A DNA stretch of 64,000 nucleotides from an uncultured Desulfobacterales bacterium. Lineage in GTDB: Bacteria; Desulfobacterota; Desulfobacteria; Desulfobacterales; JAHEIW01. Below the pieces are notes generated by a model that saw only the letters and a list, made by a program, of their open reading frames with translations, was not told the origin of the DNA and made no database searches. The position numbers and the translations under genes were made by a program. This document shows, in pieces, positions 35,402 through 44,645 of the stretch. Location: the NCBI GenBank assembly GCA_947259495.1, contig CAMYLV010000014.1, positions 13,761-77,760 on the forward strand, written 5' to 3'. Numbering within the stretch: the first letter of the stretch is position 1; each line of letters begins with the position of its first letter.

Positions 35402-36655
35402 TCAGTTACGGCGCGAATCGGAAGAGCCATCGCAGTTGGGGCAACAATCGGACACCACCGGCAGCGGTTCAGCCAGCGTTTTTTCAGTCTCAGATATGGT
35501 CTCTTCCTGCTTTGGTGCCGGTTTGAAGCGCGCCCACAGCGCATTCCAGATGGGTTTAACCGACATCGCCAGAATCATCAGCGCACCGATCACCCCCACC
35601 CAATGCGGCACAATTTCTGAAGCCTGGCCCACTACTGCCTGGGCCGATATCCCTAACGATGCATATACCTGATCAACGATTAAACCAAAACCAACGGCAC
35701 AGACCGCAATGGATGCCAGGTAGATGGCGGTGGCCCGCTTGCCCAGCACACCGGTCAAGACCGTTAAGGAGGCGATATTGGTGGCCGGCCCGGCTAAAAG
35801 GAAAACCAGAGCTGCACCGGGGCTGACGCCTTTAAGAATCAGGGCCGCGGCAATGGGTGTTGAGGCCGTTGCACAAATATATAATGGGATACCGACCGCC
35901 AGCATGATCAGCATGGCCGGAAGACCGGAGCCCAGATATTTACCGAACATATCCGGCGGGATCAGCACTGTAATCAACCCGGCCAATATCATTCCAATCA
36001 TAAACCAGCCAGCCAGATCATCCCAGAGATCATCGACGGCGAAGCGCATACCGGCGGCAAGCTTCTCCCCAAAGGTGTGATGCCGGCGATGCTCTTCAGG
36101 CGAACAGTTTTCTCCGTCGCAGCAGCCATCCACCGGGCAGTTCAGATCCGGGGTGATGCGGGTCGTTTCGCTTTTCGGACCCAAAAGGTTTTCGGTAATG
36201 CCGGCAACCGCCGCGGTAATAAAAGCCACCACCGGACGCGCGACGGTCATGATGGGATCCAAAAGGGCATAGGTGATCGAAATGGAATCCACCCCGGATT
36301 CGGGGGTTGAAATCAAAAATGCGGTGGTGGCGCCATTGTTGGCGCCCTGTTTGCGCAGCGACACGGCTGCGGGCAGCACGCCGCATGATCACAACGGAAT
36401 CGGAATGCCAAAAAAAGCGGATTTCAGGACGGATTTAAAGCGACCCTGTCCCAGGTGTTTGGCAATCGAACTGGGATTTAAAAAAACCCGCAAAAGCCCG
36501 GCCACCAACAACCCGAACAAAATGTAAACCGAAGCGTCAACCAGTAAATCCCATGTAGCCAGTAAAATATCGATAATAAAATTCAAGTTCTTATACCTTT
36601 TTATGTAATCAAAACACTTTGCGCTATGCTCTATTTCCCGCGGAGAACACAGCAT
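35402..36655 (-). CDS. SO_0444/COG0701-type metal(loid) permease with an in-frame UGA (candidate Sec at 36389-36391)
   Basis: ORFs 36389-36655 and 35402-36379 share one frame. Read-through gives FGIPIPL-U-SCGVLPAAVSLRKQGANNGATTAFLISTPESGVDSI, where family members have PLCSCG. Cys/His-rich loops are present (CPVDGCCDGENC, CCPNCDG). A hairpin cgcagccgugucgcugcg lies about 18-35 nt after the UGA. Confidence 0.7.
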
Positions 36656-36687
36656 ATCGGAAAAAGGCCTGTTTAGGCATCGAAAAA

Positions 36688-37062
36688 TTACTCTGAGACG
36701 TGCTCCAGCCCTACATTCAACAACTCCGCCACGTGCTCATCATCCAGCGAATAATAGATCACCTGACCGTCGCGGCGGCTTTTGACCAGGGCCAGATCGC
36801 GGAAGCGCCGTAATTGGTGTGACACAGCCGACTCGGTCAGCCCTAAAAATGCAGCCAGGTCACAGACGCACATTTCCACATTTTTGAGCGCCATAACGAT
36901 TTTCAGACGGCTGGGATCACCCAGGATCTTATAAATCGAGGACAGACGTTCAATTTCTTTCGCTGATACGGTTTCCCTGCGCGCCTGCTCGACGCGGTCC
37001 AGATGGATCACGCGAACCTGGCAGTCATCCCCGTCTAAACATTTGGCTTTTGCAGATCCCAT
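36688..37062 (-). CDS. ArsR/SmtB-family metalloregulator
   Basis: LGDPSRLKIVMALKNVEMCVCDLAAFLGLTESAVSHQLRRF. AGGAG lies 6 nt before the ATG at 37062. Confidence 0.9.
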   Translation of the reverse strand: MGSAKAKCLDGDDCQVRVIHLDRVEQARRETVSAKEIERLSSIYKILGDPSRLKIVMALKNVEMCVCDLAAFLGLTESAVSHQLRRFRDLALVKSRRDGQVIYYSLDDEHVAELLNVGLEHVSE

Positions 37063-37072
37063 TTCCACTCCT

Positions 37073-37094
37073 TGAATATATGAACATATATTCA
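37073..37094. promoter_or_regulatory. candidate ArsR operator
   Basis: A perfect 9-4-9 palindrome, TGAATATAT-gaac-ATATATTCA, lies immediately upstream of the RBS. Confidence 0.55.
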
Positions 37095-37429
37095 TTTAAC
37101 CTTTCTATACACGTTTGTCAAGCCTTAACGATCCGTAATGGGTTTCTATGTTCTTAAAACTTTCGAAAAGGGAAAAAGTAGCTGTTCACACTGAAAGCGA
37201 GGCCAATAAACTTCTTAACCACATAGAAATATACATAAAAATTTCCAGACAAAATCTTTGCTCAAATCTTCGGTTTATCATTGATTTCCCCCATCCAACG
37301 TGTTATTGCCTCGCCAACCATTTCACCTCTCAGGTAGATTCTCGACTCTGATTTTTAATCCAGCCATACAAAAATGGTAATCAACTAAAATTTATAGTGA
37401 TTATAGTGGTTTTCTTATAAAACAAGCAC

Positions 37430-38656
37430 ATGGGATCTGAATCTTACGTACTGATCATCGGTTATATTTTCGGGTTTTATATGGCCTGGAATATTGGCGC
37501 CAATGACGTGGCCAATTCAATGGCATCAGCAGTTGGCGCCAAAGCCATCACCATTCGTCAGGCCATATTTATTGCCGGTATTTTAAATATTGTCGGCGCT
37601 GTTTTTATCGGCTCACATGTCACCAAAACCATCCGTAAAGGCATTGTCTCAACAGACATCCTTGCTGATCCTCATCTGGCGCTGATTGGCGCTCTATCCG
37701 CCCTTTTGGCTGCCGCTTTGTGGGTGTCTTTTGCGACCTGGAAATCACTGCCGGTGTCCACAACCCATTCAATTGTGGGCGCGATGATCGGTTTTGGTAT
37801 CATGGCCGGTGGATTTTCGGTAATCAACTGGGGCAAACTCGGTGCGGTCATATTGAGCTGGGTGATTTCTCCGGTTTTTGCCATGGTCATCGCCTTTTTG
37901 ATGTTTAAAACCATCGTCAAATTTATTTTGTCCAAAGAGGATCCTTTCGCCCAAGCCCTTAAGCTGGCGCCTTATTTCATCAGCATCGCTCTTTTTGTTG
38001 TGATCTTATCTTTTTTATTCAAGACACCGCTCGGCAAGAGGCTGGCGATCGGAACACCCCTCGCGCTTCTGGTTGCCCTGGTCTTGGCGCTCGTACTGGG
38101 ATTCGTGGCTGTCAAAATCTTGCGCAAATATATAAAAAAGAGGAATCAGAGCGGGGAAGAAGAGGTCTTTCGCAAAATTCAGATCGGCACTTCCTGCTAC
38201 GTGGCCTTAGCCCAGGGTGCCAACGACGTGGCCAATGCCATCGGACCGCTGGCGGTCATTTATTTTCTGGTTAAAACCGGCAGCGTGGGGACCAAGGTCC
38301 CGGTCCCGATTTTTCTGCTTTTTTTCGGTGGCATTGGTATTGCCTGCGGCATTGGCATGGCCGGACACCGCGTAATGGACACCATTGGCAAAAAAATTAC
38401 CACCCTGACCAATACCCGCGGTTTTTCGGTGGATTTTGCCGCCGCCACAACCGTGATGGTAGCGTCTAAAATGGGGTTGCCGGTGTCAACCACCCATGCG
38501 GCCGTGGGTGGTGTCATGGGAGTCGGCCTAGCACGCGGGATCGAGGCCGTTAATTTTAGAATTATATTTGAAATTATCCTGTACTGGGTTTTAACCGTAC
38601 CGGCTGCAGCCATCACCAGCATCGTAATTTTTAAAATCCTTCAGCTCTTTATCTAA
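37430..38656 (+). CDS. pit: PiT-family inorganic phosphate transporter
   Basis: Duplicated GANDVAN(S/A) motifs, about 10 TM helices. Confidence 0.9.
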   Translation: MGSESYVLIIGYIFGFYMAWNIGANDVANSMASAVGAKAITIRQAIFIAGILNIVGAVFIGSHVTKTIRKGIVSTDILADPHLALIGALSALLAAALWVSFATWKSLPVSTTHSIVGAMIGFGIMAGGFSVINWGKLGAVILSWVISPVFAMVIAFLMFKTIVKFILSKEDPFAQALKLAPYFISIALFVVILSFLFKTPLGKRLAIGTPLALLVALVLALVLGFVAVKILRKYIKKRNQSGEEEVFRKIQIGTSCYVALAQGANDVANAIGPLAVIYFLVKTGSVGTKVPVPIFLLFFGGIGIACGIGMAGHRVMDTIGKKITTLTNTRGFSVDFAAATTVMVASKMGLPVSTTHAAVGGVMGVGLARGIEAVNFRIIFEIILYWVLTVPAAAITSIVIFKILQLFI

Positions 38657-38667
38657 AGGAGAAAGTT

Positions 38668-39336
38668 ATGCGCATACCCTTTATTTCAATGTTTGTCACC
38701 TCGCCCTTTGATGGCGTGCAGGAACATGCCGAAATGGTGAAAGAATGCGCCTGGGTTTTTCAAAGGGCCATCGAGTGTATCATCGAAGATAGATGCGAAG
38801 ACTTTGAACATTTTAGAAAAGATATCGATAAGCTCGAAAGCGAAGCCGATGCTGTCAAGCGCCGTATCCGGGGACATCTGCCCAAGGGCACCCTGCTGCC
38901 GGTGGATAAGTTCGAGCTGTTCCGATATTTAAGAGAACAGGACAAAGTGATAGATGCCGTGGAAGAGGGCCTTGACTGGTTGTCTTTCCGGGCCGCTGCC
39001 GGCATTCCGGAAGTACTCGAAAAAGATTTTATGATTCTGGTGGAAGCGGTCACGGATCCCATCGAAGAGTTGAGCAAAATGGTGGCCGAAGCCCGTAAAT
39101 ACTTTTCAAATTTTGCAGAGGAGCAGCGGATTGTGGTTAAAGATATGATTCGCACCCTGCGTCAGCATGAACACGAAGCAGATAAACTCGAAGATACCGT
39201 CAAAGAAAAAATCTTTAACGCGATAGAGGACCCTGTGGCCGTATATCATTTAATCCGCTTAACGGAAATTATCGGTTCCATCGCCGATCACGCCGAAAAT
39301 GCCGGCGACATGATGCGGGCCATGATTGCCAAATAG
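38668..39336 (+). CDS. DUF47 / TIGR00153 PhoU-like phosphate-transport regulator
   Basis: The typical PiT partner, helical, with HE.EADK... and ..IADHAENAGD. Confidence 0.8.
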   Translation: MRIPFISMFVTSPFDGVQEHAEMVKECAWVFQRAIECIIEDRCEDFEHFRKDIDKLESEADAVKRRIRGHLPKGTLLPVDKFELFRYLREQDKVIDAVEEGLDWLSFRAAAGIPEVLEKDFMILVEAVTDPIEELSKMVAEARKYFSNFAEEQRIVVKDMIRTLRQHEHEADKLEDTVKEKIFNAIEDPVAVYHLIRLTEIIGSIADHAENAGDMMRAMIAK

Positions 39337-39377
39337 AGCCGCTTTCTAGTCCTAGTCTGACCTTATGACCTTAATAG

Positions 39378-39470
39378 CGCCAGACTGATAACGCAAAAAA
39401 TATCGCCGAACAGGTTGTTTACCTGGTTGAAGGTGAAATCACCCGGCATGCCCCCTATCCGCAGGAATAA
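39378..39470 (+). pseudogene. PhoU C-terminal remnant
   Basis: The open frame reads RQTDNAKNIAEQVVYLVEGEITRHAPYPQE-stop, which matches the last helix of PhoU (gD.A.NIAE.V.Y.V.G...RH). No upstream part is present. Confidence 0.45.
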
Positions 39471-39487
39471 ATTCGACGCTTAAACTT

Positions 39488-40541
39488 AAAGACGGGGTCA
39501 AATCTTGAATTGTGAATTCATTGCATCAAATTTAGCTCTTAATTTCGTGTCTTTTTTTAGCTTTGCTTTAGCAGCTTTAACACTGTGGCTGACCGATGAA
39601 TATGTCAATCCAAAAAGCGCGCCAATCCTTGCATTCGTCAACCGTCCTGTCTTCCAAATCAAATAGATGAGCGCGTCCCGCTGATCTTTTTCCAATCCCG
39701 ATAGACGACCAGGTTTTAATATGCGTTTCAGATCGCAGTTTAGCATCTTAGCGGCCTTACGCAAAATAATGGGAGGATCCATACGATCTGCTAATTGCTT
39801 TTGCCCTGGAATTTCATCGTGAGGCTTCTCCGGTAAATGGCTTTTGTGTATCTGCGCGACAAATTTCTTTGATCCTAAAAAACAGCCATGCCGAAAATCC
39901 TCCCACAGTTGCTTTTCTTCTTTGGAATAGCGCTGGACTTTCTCGCGGTATAATCGGTGCTGCTCTTTTCCTTCACCTGCAAATTGCGCTAAGATCAGTT
40001 CGGTTGATAACCAGGCGGGTACATTCCTTCCATATGCATACGCCCGGTAGCTGCTCCAGGGATAGTCCGCCAGTCGTTTGACAATTTCGCCCCTTAATGG
40101 ATTGCGATGAATATAACAAGAAAGCTGCAGCATATAGGCATCATTTTGCACTAAGATGCTTTTGTAACGACCTTGAAATAGATGTCCACTCCTGCTGTGC
40201 CGATAATTAAAACGAGTAGTGTACGTAACCCCAAACCAATGCATCGCTTTGGCTAAATTGCCATGTTGCGTCCTGATTAGAAGATGATAGTGATTGTTCA
40301 TTAAAACATAGGCAAACATGTCGATCGCGAAACGATCAGCCATCTCGCCAAGCGTATCCAAAAACATGCGCCGATCGTCGTCATCTATAAAAATGTCTCT
40401 TTTCTCGTTGCCGCGGGATAACAGATGATAAAAAGCCCCTTCATATTCTATCCGCCAGGATCTAGCCATATTTTAGCTAATTATTTAAGCCAAGTTAAAA
40501 TGTCAATAATTATTCACAATTCAAGATTTGACCCCGTCTTT
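39488..40541 (-). mobile_element. IS200-like Y1 (RAYT-like) transposase unit bounded by perfect 30-bp inverted repeats
   Basis: aaagacggggtcaaatcttgaattgtgaat at 39488-39517 is the exact reverse complement of 40512-40541. Confidence 0.8.
39498..40469 (-). CDS. Y1 HUH transposase (IS200-like/REP-associated type) with a C-terminal DnaA-C-like HTH
   Basis: The HUH motif NNHYHLLIRT and the Tyr region YIHRNPLRGEIV..LADYPWSSY. The C-terminus LTNARIGALFGLTYSSVSHSV is HTH-like. The last 6 codons lie inside the left IR. Confidence 0.8.
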   Translation of the reverse strand: MARSWRIEYEGAFYHLLSRGNEKRDIFIDDDDRRMFLDTLGEMADRFAIDMFAYVLMNNHYHLLIRTQHGNLAKAMHWFGVTYTTRFNYRHSRSGHLFQGRYKSILVQNDAYMLQLSCYIHRNPLRGEIVKRLADYPWSSYRAYAYGRNVPAWLSTELILAQFAGEGKEQHRLYREKVQRYSKEEKQLWEDFRHGCFLGSKKFVAQIHKSHLPEKPHDEIPGQKQLADRMDPPIILRKAAKMLNCDLKRILKPGRLSGLEKDQRDALIYLIWKTGRLTNARIGALFGLTYSSVSHSVKAAKAKLKKDTKLRAKFDAMNSQFKI

Positions 40542-40546
40542 GATAC

Positions 40547-40593
40547 AAAAAAAGGGGGCCTTCAATGTAATGTATTGAATATTGAAAGCCCCT
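40547..40593 (-). terminator. rho-independent terminator of dsrMKJOP
   Basis: On the minus strand, ggggctttcaat / attgaaggcccc(c) forms the stem, followed by T7. Confidence 0.8.
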
Positions 40594-40641
40594 TTATCAT
40601 AAATTTTAATGGAATAACGCGTCAGCGCGTCAGTGATATTT

Positions 40642-41799
40642 TTAGCTGCGGGTTTCTTCCTTGACCGAAACCGCAATTTTAAACAACGCGGTCAGCACAA
40701 AAAACCCCATGGCCCACACCCCCAGTGCAATTCCGATTTCCGGCAGAGAAGGAATATACTCATTGACTTCATGTAATGGTGATGGGGTGAACCCGCCGGC
40801 GATCATTCCCAGCCCCTTGTCAATCCAGGTTCCCAGGAAGATAACCACGCAGGCAACGGCCAGTACGCCTTCATTTTTACGGCTGGTCGGTATGACGGTC
40901 AGAATAATACCGATAATCATCAGGATAAATGAGGCCCACATCCAGGGTACGTAGGCCGTATGGCCGTGCAGGCCGACAAACAGGTATTTGATGTGATCCA
41001 TGTGTTCCGGAATCTGGCTGTAAAAGGCCACAAATACTTCACACAAAAAGAAGAACACATTGACGCAAATCGCATAGGCCACGATTTTGGCCAGAGATTG
41101 AATCTGTTCCCGGCCGGGGTCAAAATTGCTTACCCGCCGGATGATCAGGCAGCACAAAATCAGCAGTGCCGGACCGGCCGCAAAAGCCGAAGACAAAAAG
41201 CGCGGCGCCAGAATGGCGGTCATCCAGAAGCCCCTGCCCGGCAGACCGCAGTACAGGTAAGCGGTCACGGTGTGGATGCTGATGGCCCAGGGAATGGACA
41301 GGTAGATTAGCGGTTTCAACCATTTCTGGTAATGCACGCCGTTGCGTTCGGCCTCCAGCACGTTCCAGCCGATAATGATGTTTAAAATCAGATAGCCGTT
41401 TAAAACGATGGTATCCCAGAACAGCACGGAGTTAGGCGTTGGATACAAAAAGACATTAAAAATCCGCGTGGGCTGGCCTAAATCAACCAGGATAAAGGTC
41501 ACACACATCAGAACCGAAGAAATGGCCAAAAATTCGCCCAGGATGGTGACCTTGCCGAATGCTTTGTAATCATGCAGATAATAGGGCAGCACCACCATCA
41601 CCCCTCCGGCGGCCACACCCACTAGAAAGGTAAAGTTGGCAATATAAAAACCCCAGGACGTATCCCGGCTCAGGCCGGTGATCCCCAGTCCAAAATCGAG
41701 CTGTTTTAAATACAGCAGAAAACCGATACCAACAAAGACCATTAAAAAGGTCATCCAGCCATAATATTTTTTGCCGCCTTTAAGTGCTAATTCAAGCAT
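40642..41799 (-). CDS. dsrP: DsrP (NrfD/PsrC-type quinol-interacting membrane subunit)
   Basis: 385 aa, about 10 TM helices, NrfD-like, last gene of the dsrMKJOP order. Confidence 0.85.
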   Translation of the reverse strand: MLELALKGGKKYYGWMTFLMVFVGIGFLLYLKQLDFGLGITGLSRDTSWGFYIANFTFLVGVAAGGVMVVLPYYLHDYKAFGKVTILGEFLAISSVLMCVTFILVDLGQPTRIFNVFLYPTPNSVLFWDTIVLNGYLILNIIIGWNVLEAERNGVHYQKWLKPLIYLSIPWAISIHTVTAYLYCGLPGRGFWMTAILAPRFLSSAFAAGPALLILCCLIIRRVSNFDPGREQIQSLAKIVAYAICVNVFFFLCEVFVAFYSQIPEHMDHIKYLFVGLHGHTAYVPWMWASFILMIIGIILTVIPTSRKNEGVLAVACVVIFLGTWIDKGLGMIAGGFTPSPLHEVNEYIPSLPEIGIALGVWAMGFFVLTALFKIAVSVKEETRS

Positions 41800-41807
41800 T
41801 ATTCACC

Positions 41808-42596
41808 TCACACGATGTAATAAACACTGGGCTCGGTGCCCAGAATTTGTTTGCGACGAATGGTGTAATGGGTTCGGATCAGTTCGCGAACTTCCGACGC
41901 AGGATCGTACAAATCCCCGAAAGCCAGGGCGCCGTTGGAGACCTCCACACAGGCCGGTAATTGACCGACCGCCAGACGTTCGGCACAAAAATTACATTTT
42001 TCGACCACACCTTTCATACGCGTCGGAAATTTATTGTTGGTTTCCTTAATAAAGGGTCGCGGATCCCGGTAGTTAAAACTGCGGGCACCGAACGGGCAGG
42101 CCGCCATGCAGAAGCGGCATCCGATGCAGCGGTGAAAATCCATAAACACGATGCCGTCGGCTTCGCGTTTCCACGTTGCTTTGGTCGGACAGGCCCGCAC
42201 GCAGGGCGGATTCTCACAATGGTTGCACAAAACCAGAAAGGGGCGATGCTCAACCTTTTCGGCCAAAAAACGTGCCGCCTTGCCCGGAAAAGCATTGTGG
42301 TAATGCGTCCCCCAGAGCCATTTGATTTCATGGTTTTTGTTCTGCAAAGCCGGAACATTGTGAATCTTGTGGCAGGCTTCAATCAGGGGCTCCAGATCCG
42401 CCTCAGATTCGAATTTACGGGTATCGATAACCATGGCCCACTGTCTGGCCTTCAGCGATTTGGCCCCTTCTTTAATGACGACTTCAGCCCCGGTTGTCTG
42501 CTCCTCTTTGGCAAATGCATTTAAAACCGGCCGGGTGGTTAGCGCCAAGGCAGAAATTCCAAATAATCGTAAAATGCGTCTTCGGCTGCTATCCAT
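41808..42596 (-). CDS. dsrO: DsrO (periplasmic 4Fe-4S ferredoxin-like subunit)
   Basis: The Tat signal SRRRILRLFGISALA and several CxxCxxCxxxCP motifs. Confidence 0.85.
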   Translation of the reverse strand: MDSSRRRILRLFGISALALTTRPVLNAFAKEEQTTGAEVVIKEGAKSLKARQWAMVIDTRKFESEADLEPLIEACHKIHNVPALQNKNHEIKWLWGTHYHNAFPGKAARFLAEKVEHRPFLVLCNHCENPPCVRACPTKATWKREADGIVFMDFHRCIGCRFCMAACPFGARSFNYRDPRPFIKETNNKFPTRMKGVVEKCNFCAERLAVGQLPACVEVSNGALAFGDLYDPASEVRELIRTHYTIRRKQILGTEPSVYYIV

Positions 42597-42985
42597 TAGC
42601 TCTTCTCCTTCGGGTTTTCAATATGGCAACTCCAGCAGTAAGGCCTGACTGAAGCATAATTGTGACAGCGGTCACAAAATTCGGCTTTATTGGAATGACA
42701 GTCCAAACAGGTGTTGCTCAGACTCATATTAAATTCTTTGCCTTCGGGATTGACATAGATTCGTTTGCCTTCGCGCACCACAGCATCCCGCCAGACGTCC
42801 AGCAGCTGCATATGCTCGGCTTTCATGTATTCGGTAGAGCGCACACATTTTTGAGCTGCTTTGGCCTTGGGTGTCAATTCCACCTCCGGCACAGGGGCGG
42901 CTTTTCCGCGCATGTACCAGAAGGGAAACAAAACGATGAGAAAAAATATGACCACTCCCGTCACAATCAGTGCTTTACTTTTCAT
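42596..42985 (-). CDS. dsrJ: DsrJ (triheme cytochrome c)
   Basis: Three haem motifs, CLDCH, CDRCH and CWSCH. GGAGGA lies 8 nt before the ATG at 42985. Confidence 0.85.
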   Translation of the reverse strand: MKSKALIVTGVVIFFLIVLFPFWYMRGKAAPVPEVELTPKAKAAQKCVRSTEYMKAEHMQLLDVWRDAVVREGKRIYVNPEGKEFNMSLSNTCLDCHSNKAEFCDRCHNYASVRPYCWSCHIENPKEKS

Positions 42986-44642
42986 CAGCTTGTTCCTCCG
43001 ACTCAATGTCTGATTCTTCTTCGACGACCTCGCGACCCGGGATGTCCTCGCCCCGCAGATCGGTGGAGCGTTCGTTCTCCCCGGGCATAATCAGGGCATT
43101 GGCCACCATTTCATGCAACCCGGTGACATCCACTTCCGGCACCCAGTATTCCATCAGGGGTGGCAGTGCGGCCCGGTCAATGGCACAGATACAGGCCAGC
43201 ATGTTCACGCCGTGTTTTTCATGAACGTGTTTAACCGCGTTGGCGCGCGGCAAACCGCCGGTCAGACGCAATTCCATGTTTTCACCGGCATTCAGACCCG
43301 CGCCGCTGCCGCAGCAGAAGGTATTTTCGCGGATGGTGTTGGCCGGCATTTCATAAAAATGATTGCAAACGCTTTCAATGACGTAGCGCGGTTCGTCAAA
43401 GATTCCCATGCCCCGGGACGGATTACAGGAGTCATGGAAGGTTACTTTTAAGTGATCGTTGCGGCTGGGATCCAGTTCGAGTTTGCCGTGTTTGATCAAA
43501 TCGGCAACAAACTCGGCGATGTGCACCATCCGATTGGATCTGGCATTCTCGAACTTGGTACCGGTAATCGGTGAAACCGGCTCTTCCAGAAAATCGGTCG
43601 GCCCGTTCATGGTGTCCATGTACTGGTTGATGACCCGCCACATGTGGCCGCATTCGCCGCCCAGGATCCACTTGACCCCCAGGCGTTTGGCTTCGGCATA
43701 CATCTTGGAGTTGAGCCGTTTCATGGTCTCGTGCGAGGTAAAAAATCCGAAGTTGCCGCCCTCGGAACCATAGGTGCTCCAGGTCACGTCAAGCCCGTAT
43801 TTCTCCTTGAGATAATGAAACAGCATCAAGTACCCCATGGCGGTGTAAGTGCCCGGATCGGCAAACACATCTCCCGAGGGAGTAATAAAAAGAATGTCGG
43901 CGCCCTTTTTGTTGATATTGCAGTCCACCTGAACGCCGGTGATTTCTTCGATGTCTTCCACAAAAAAATCGAGCATATCTTTAAAGGCGTGGGGCTGGAT
44001 CCCCAGATGGTTGCCGGTGCGGTAACAGTTGGCCACCGGGGTGGCAATCCAGTCAATGTTGAGTCCCAGCAGGTTCAGCAGTTCCCGGCCCATAATGGTG
44101 ATCTCGGCCGTATCGATGCCATAGGGGCAAAACACCGAACAGCGCCGGCATTCGGAGCATTGAAACAGGTAGTACCACCACTCTTTGAGCACATCTAAGC
44201 TCATGGGCCGCGCCCCGTTTATTTTGCCCAGAATTTTGCCCATGCGGGTAAAGTCGTTGCGGTAAACAGATCTTAGCAGTTCAGCCCTCAGCACCGGCAT
44301 GTTTTTGGGATCACCGGTTCCGATGAAATAATGACATTTATCGGCACAGGCCCCGCAGCGCACACAGATATCCATAAATACCCGGAACGATCGAAATTTT
44401 TCCAACCGTTCCTTAAAACCTTCATGGATAATTTCCTGCCAGTTTTCCGGAAGCTGCCAGTCTTCGTCCAGCGGGTTCCACTGTCTGGCATTGGGAAGAC
44501 CGAGATATTCGACACTTTTGGGATTTGAGGCATAGCAGTACATGCCTTTGCGGATATCAACCGGAACGTCCATCCAGTCCGTTTTCGGCGGGCGGTGATC
44601 GATCTGTATGAGTTCTTCCGGTTTGGGTGTTTCATCTGCCAT
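42975..44642 (-). CDS. dsrK: DsrK (HdrD-like CCG-domain Fe-S subunit)
   Basis: CVRCGACADKCH, CSECRRCSVFCPYG and the CCG motif TFCCGSGAG. Confidence 0.9.
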   Translation of the reverse strand: MADETPKPEELIQIDHRPPKTDWMDVPVDIRKGMYCYASNPKSVEYLGLPNARQWNPLDEDWQLPENWQEIIHEGFKERLEKFRSFRVFMDICVRCGACADKCHYFIGTGDPKNMPVLRAELLRSVYRNDFTRMGKILGKINGARPMSLDVLKEWWYYLFQCSECRRCSVFCPYGIDTAEITIMGRELLNLLGLNIDWIATPVANCYRTGNHLGIQPHAFKDMLDFFVEDIEEITGVQVDCNINKKGADILFITPSGDVFADPGTYTAMGYLMLFHYLKEKYGLDVTWSTYGSEGGNFGFFTSHETMKRLNSKMYAEAKRLGVKWILGGECGHMWRVINQYMDTMNGPTDFLEEPVSPITGTKFENARSNRMVHIAEFVADLIKHGKLELDPSRNDHLKVTFHDSCNPSRGMGIFDEPRYVIESVCNHFYEMPANTIRENTFCCGSGAGLNAGENMELRLTGGLPRANAVKHVHEKHGVNMLACICAIDRAALPPLMEYWVPEVDVTGLHEMVANALIMPGENERSTDLRGEDIPGREVVEEESDIESEEQADEK

Positions 44643-44645
44643 AGT

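Noticed and set aside
35311-35544. A 77-aa ORF containing AEGAEGAE.
   Set aside because: It is generated by the ctctgcgccctctgcg repeat (R4) and by the 3' end of the permease gene read out of frame.
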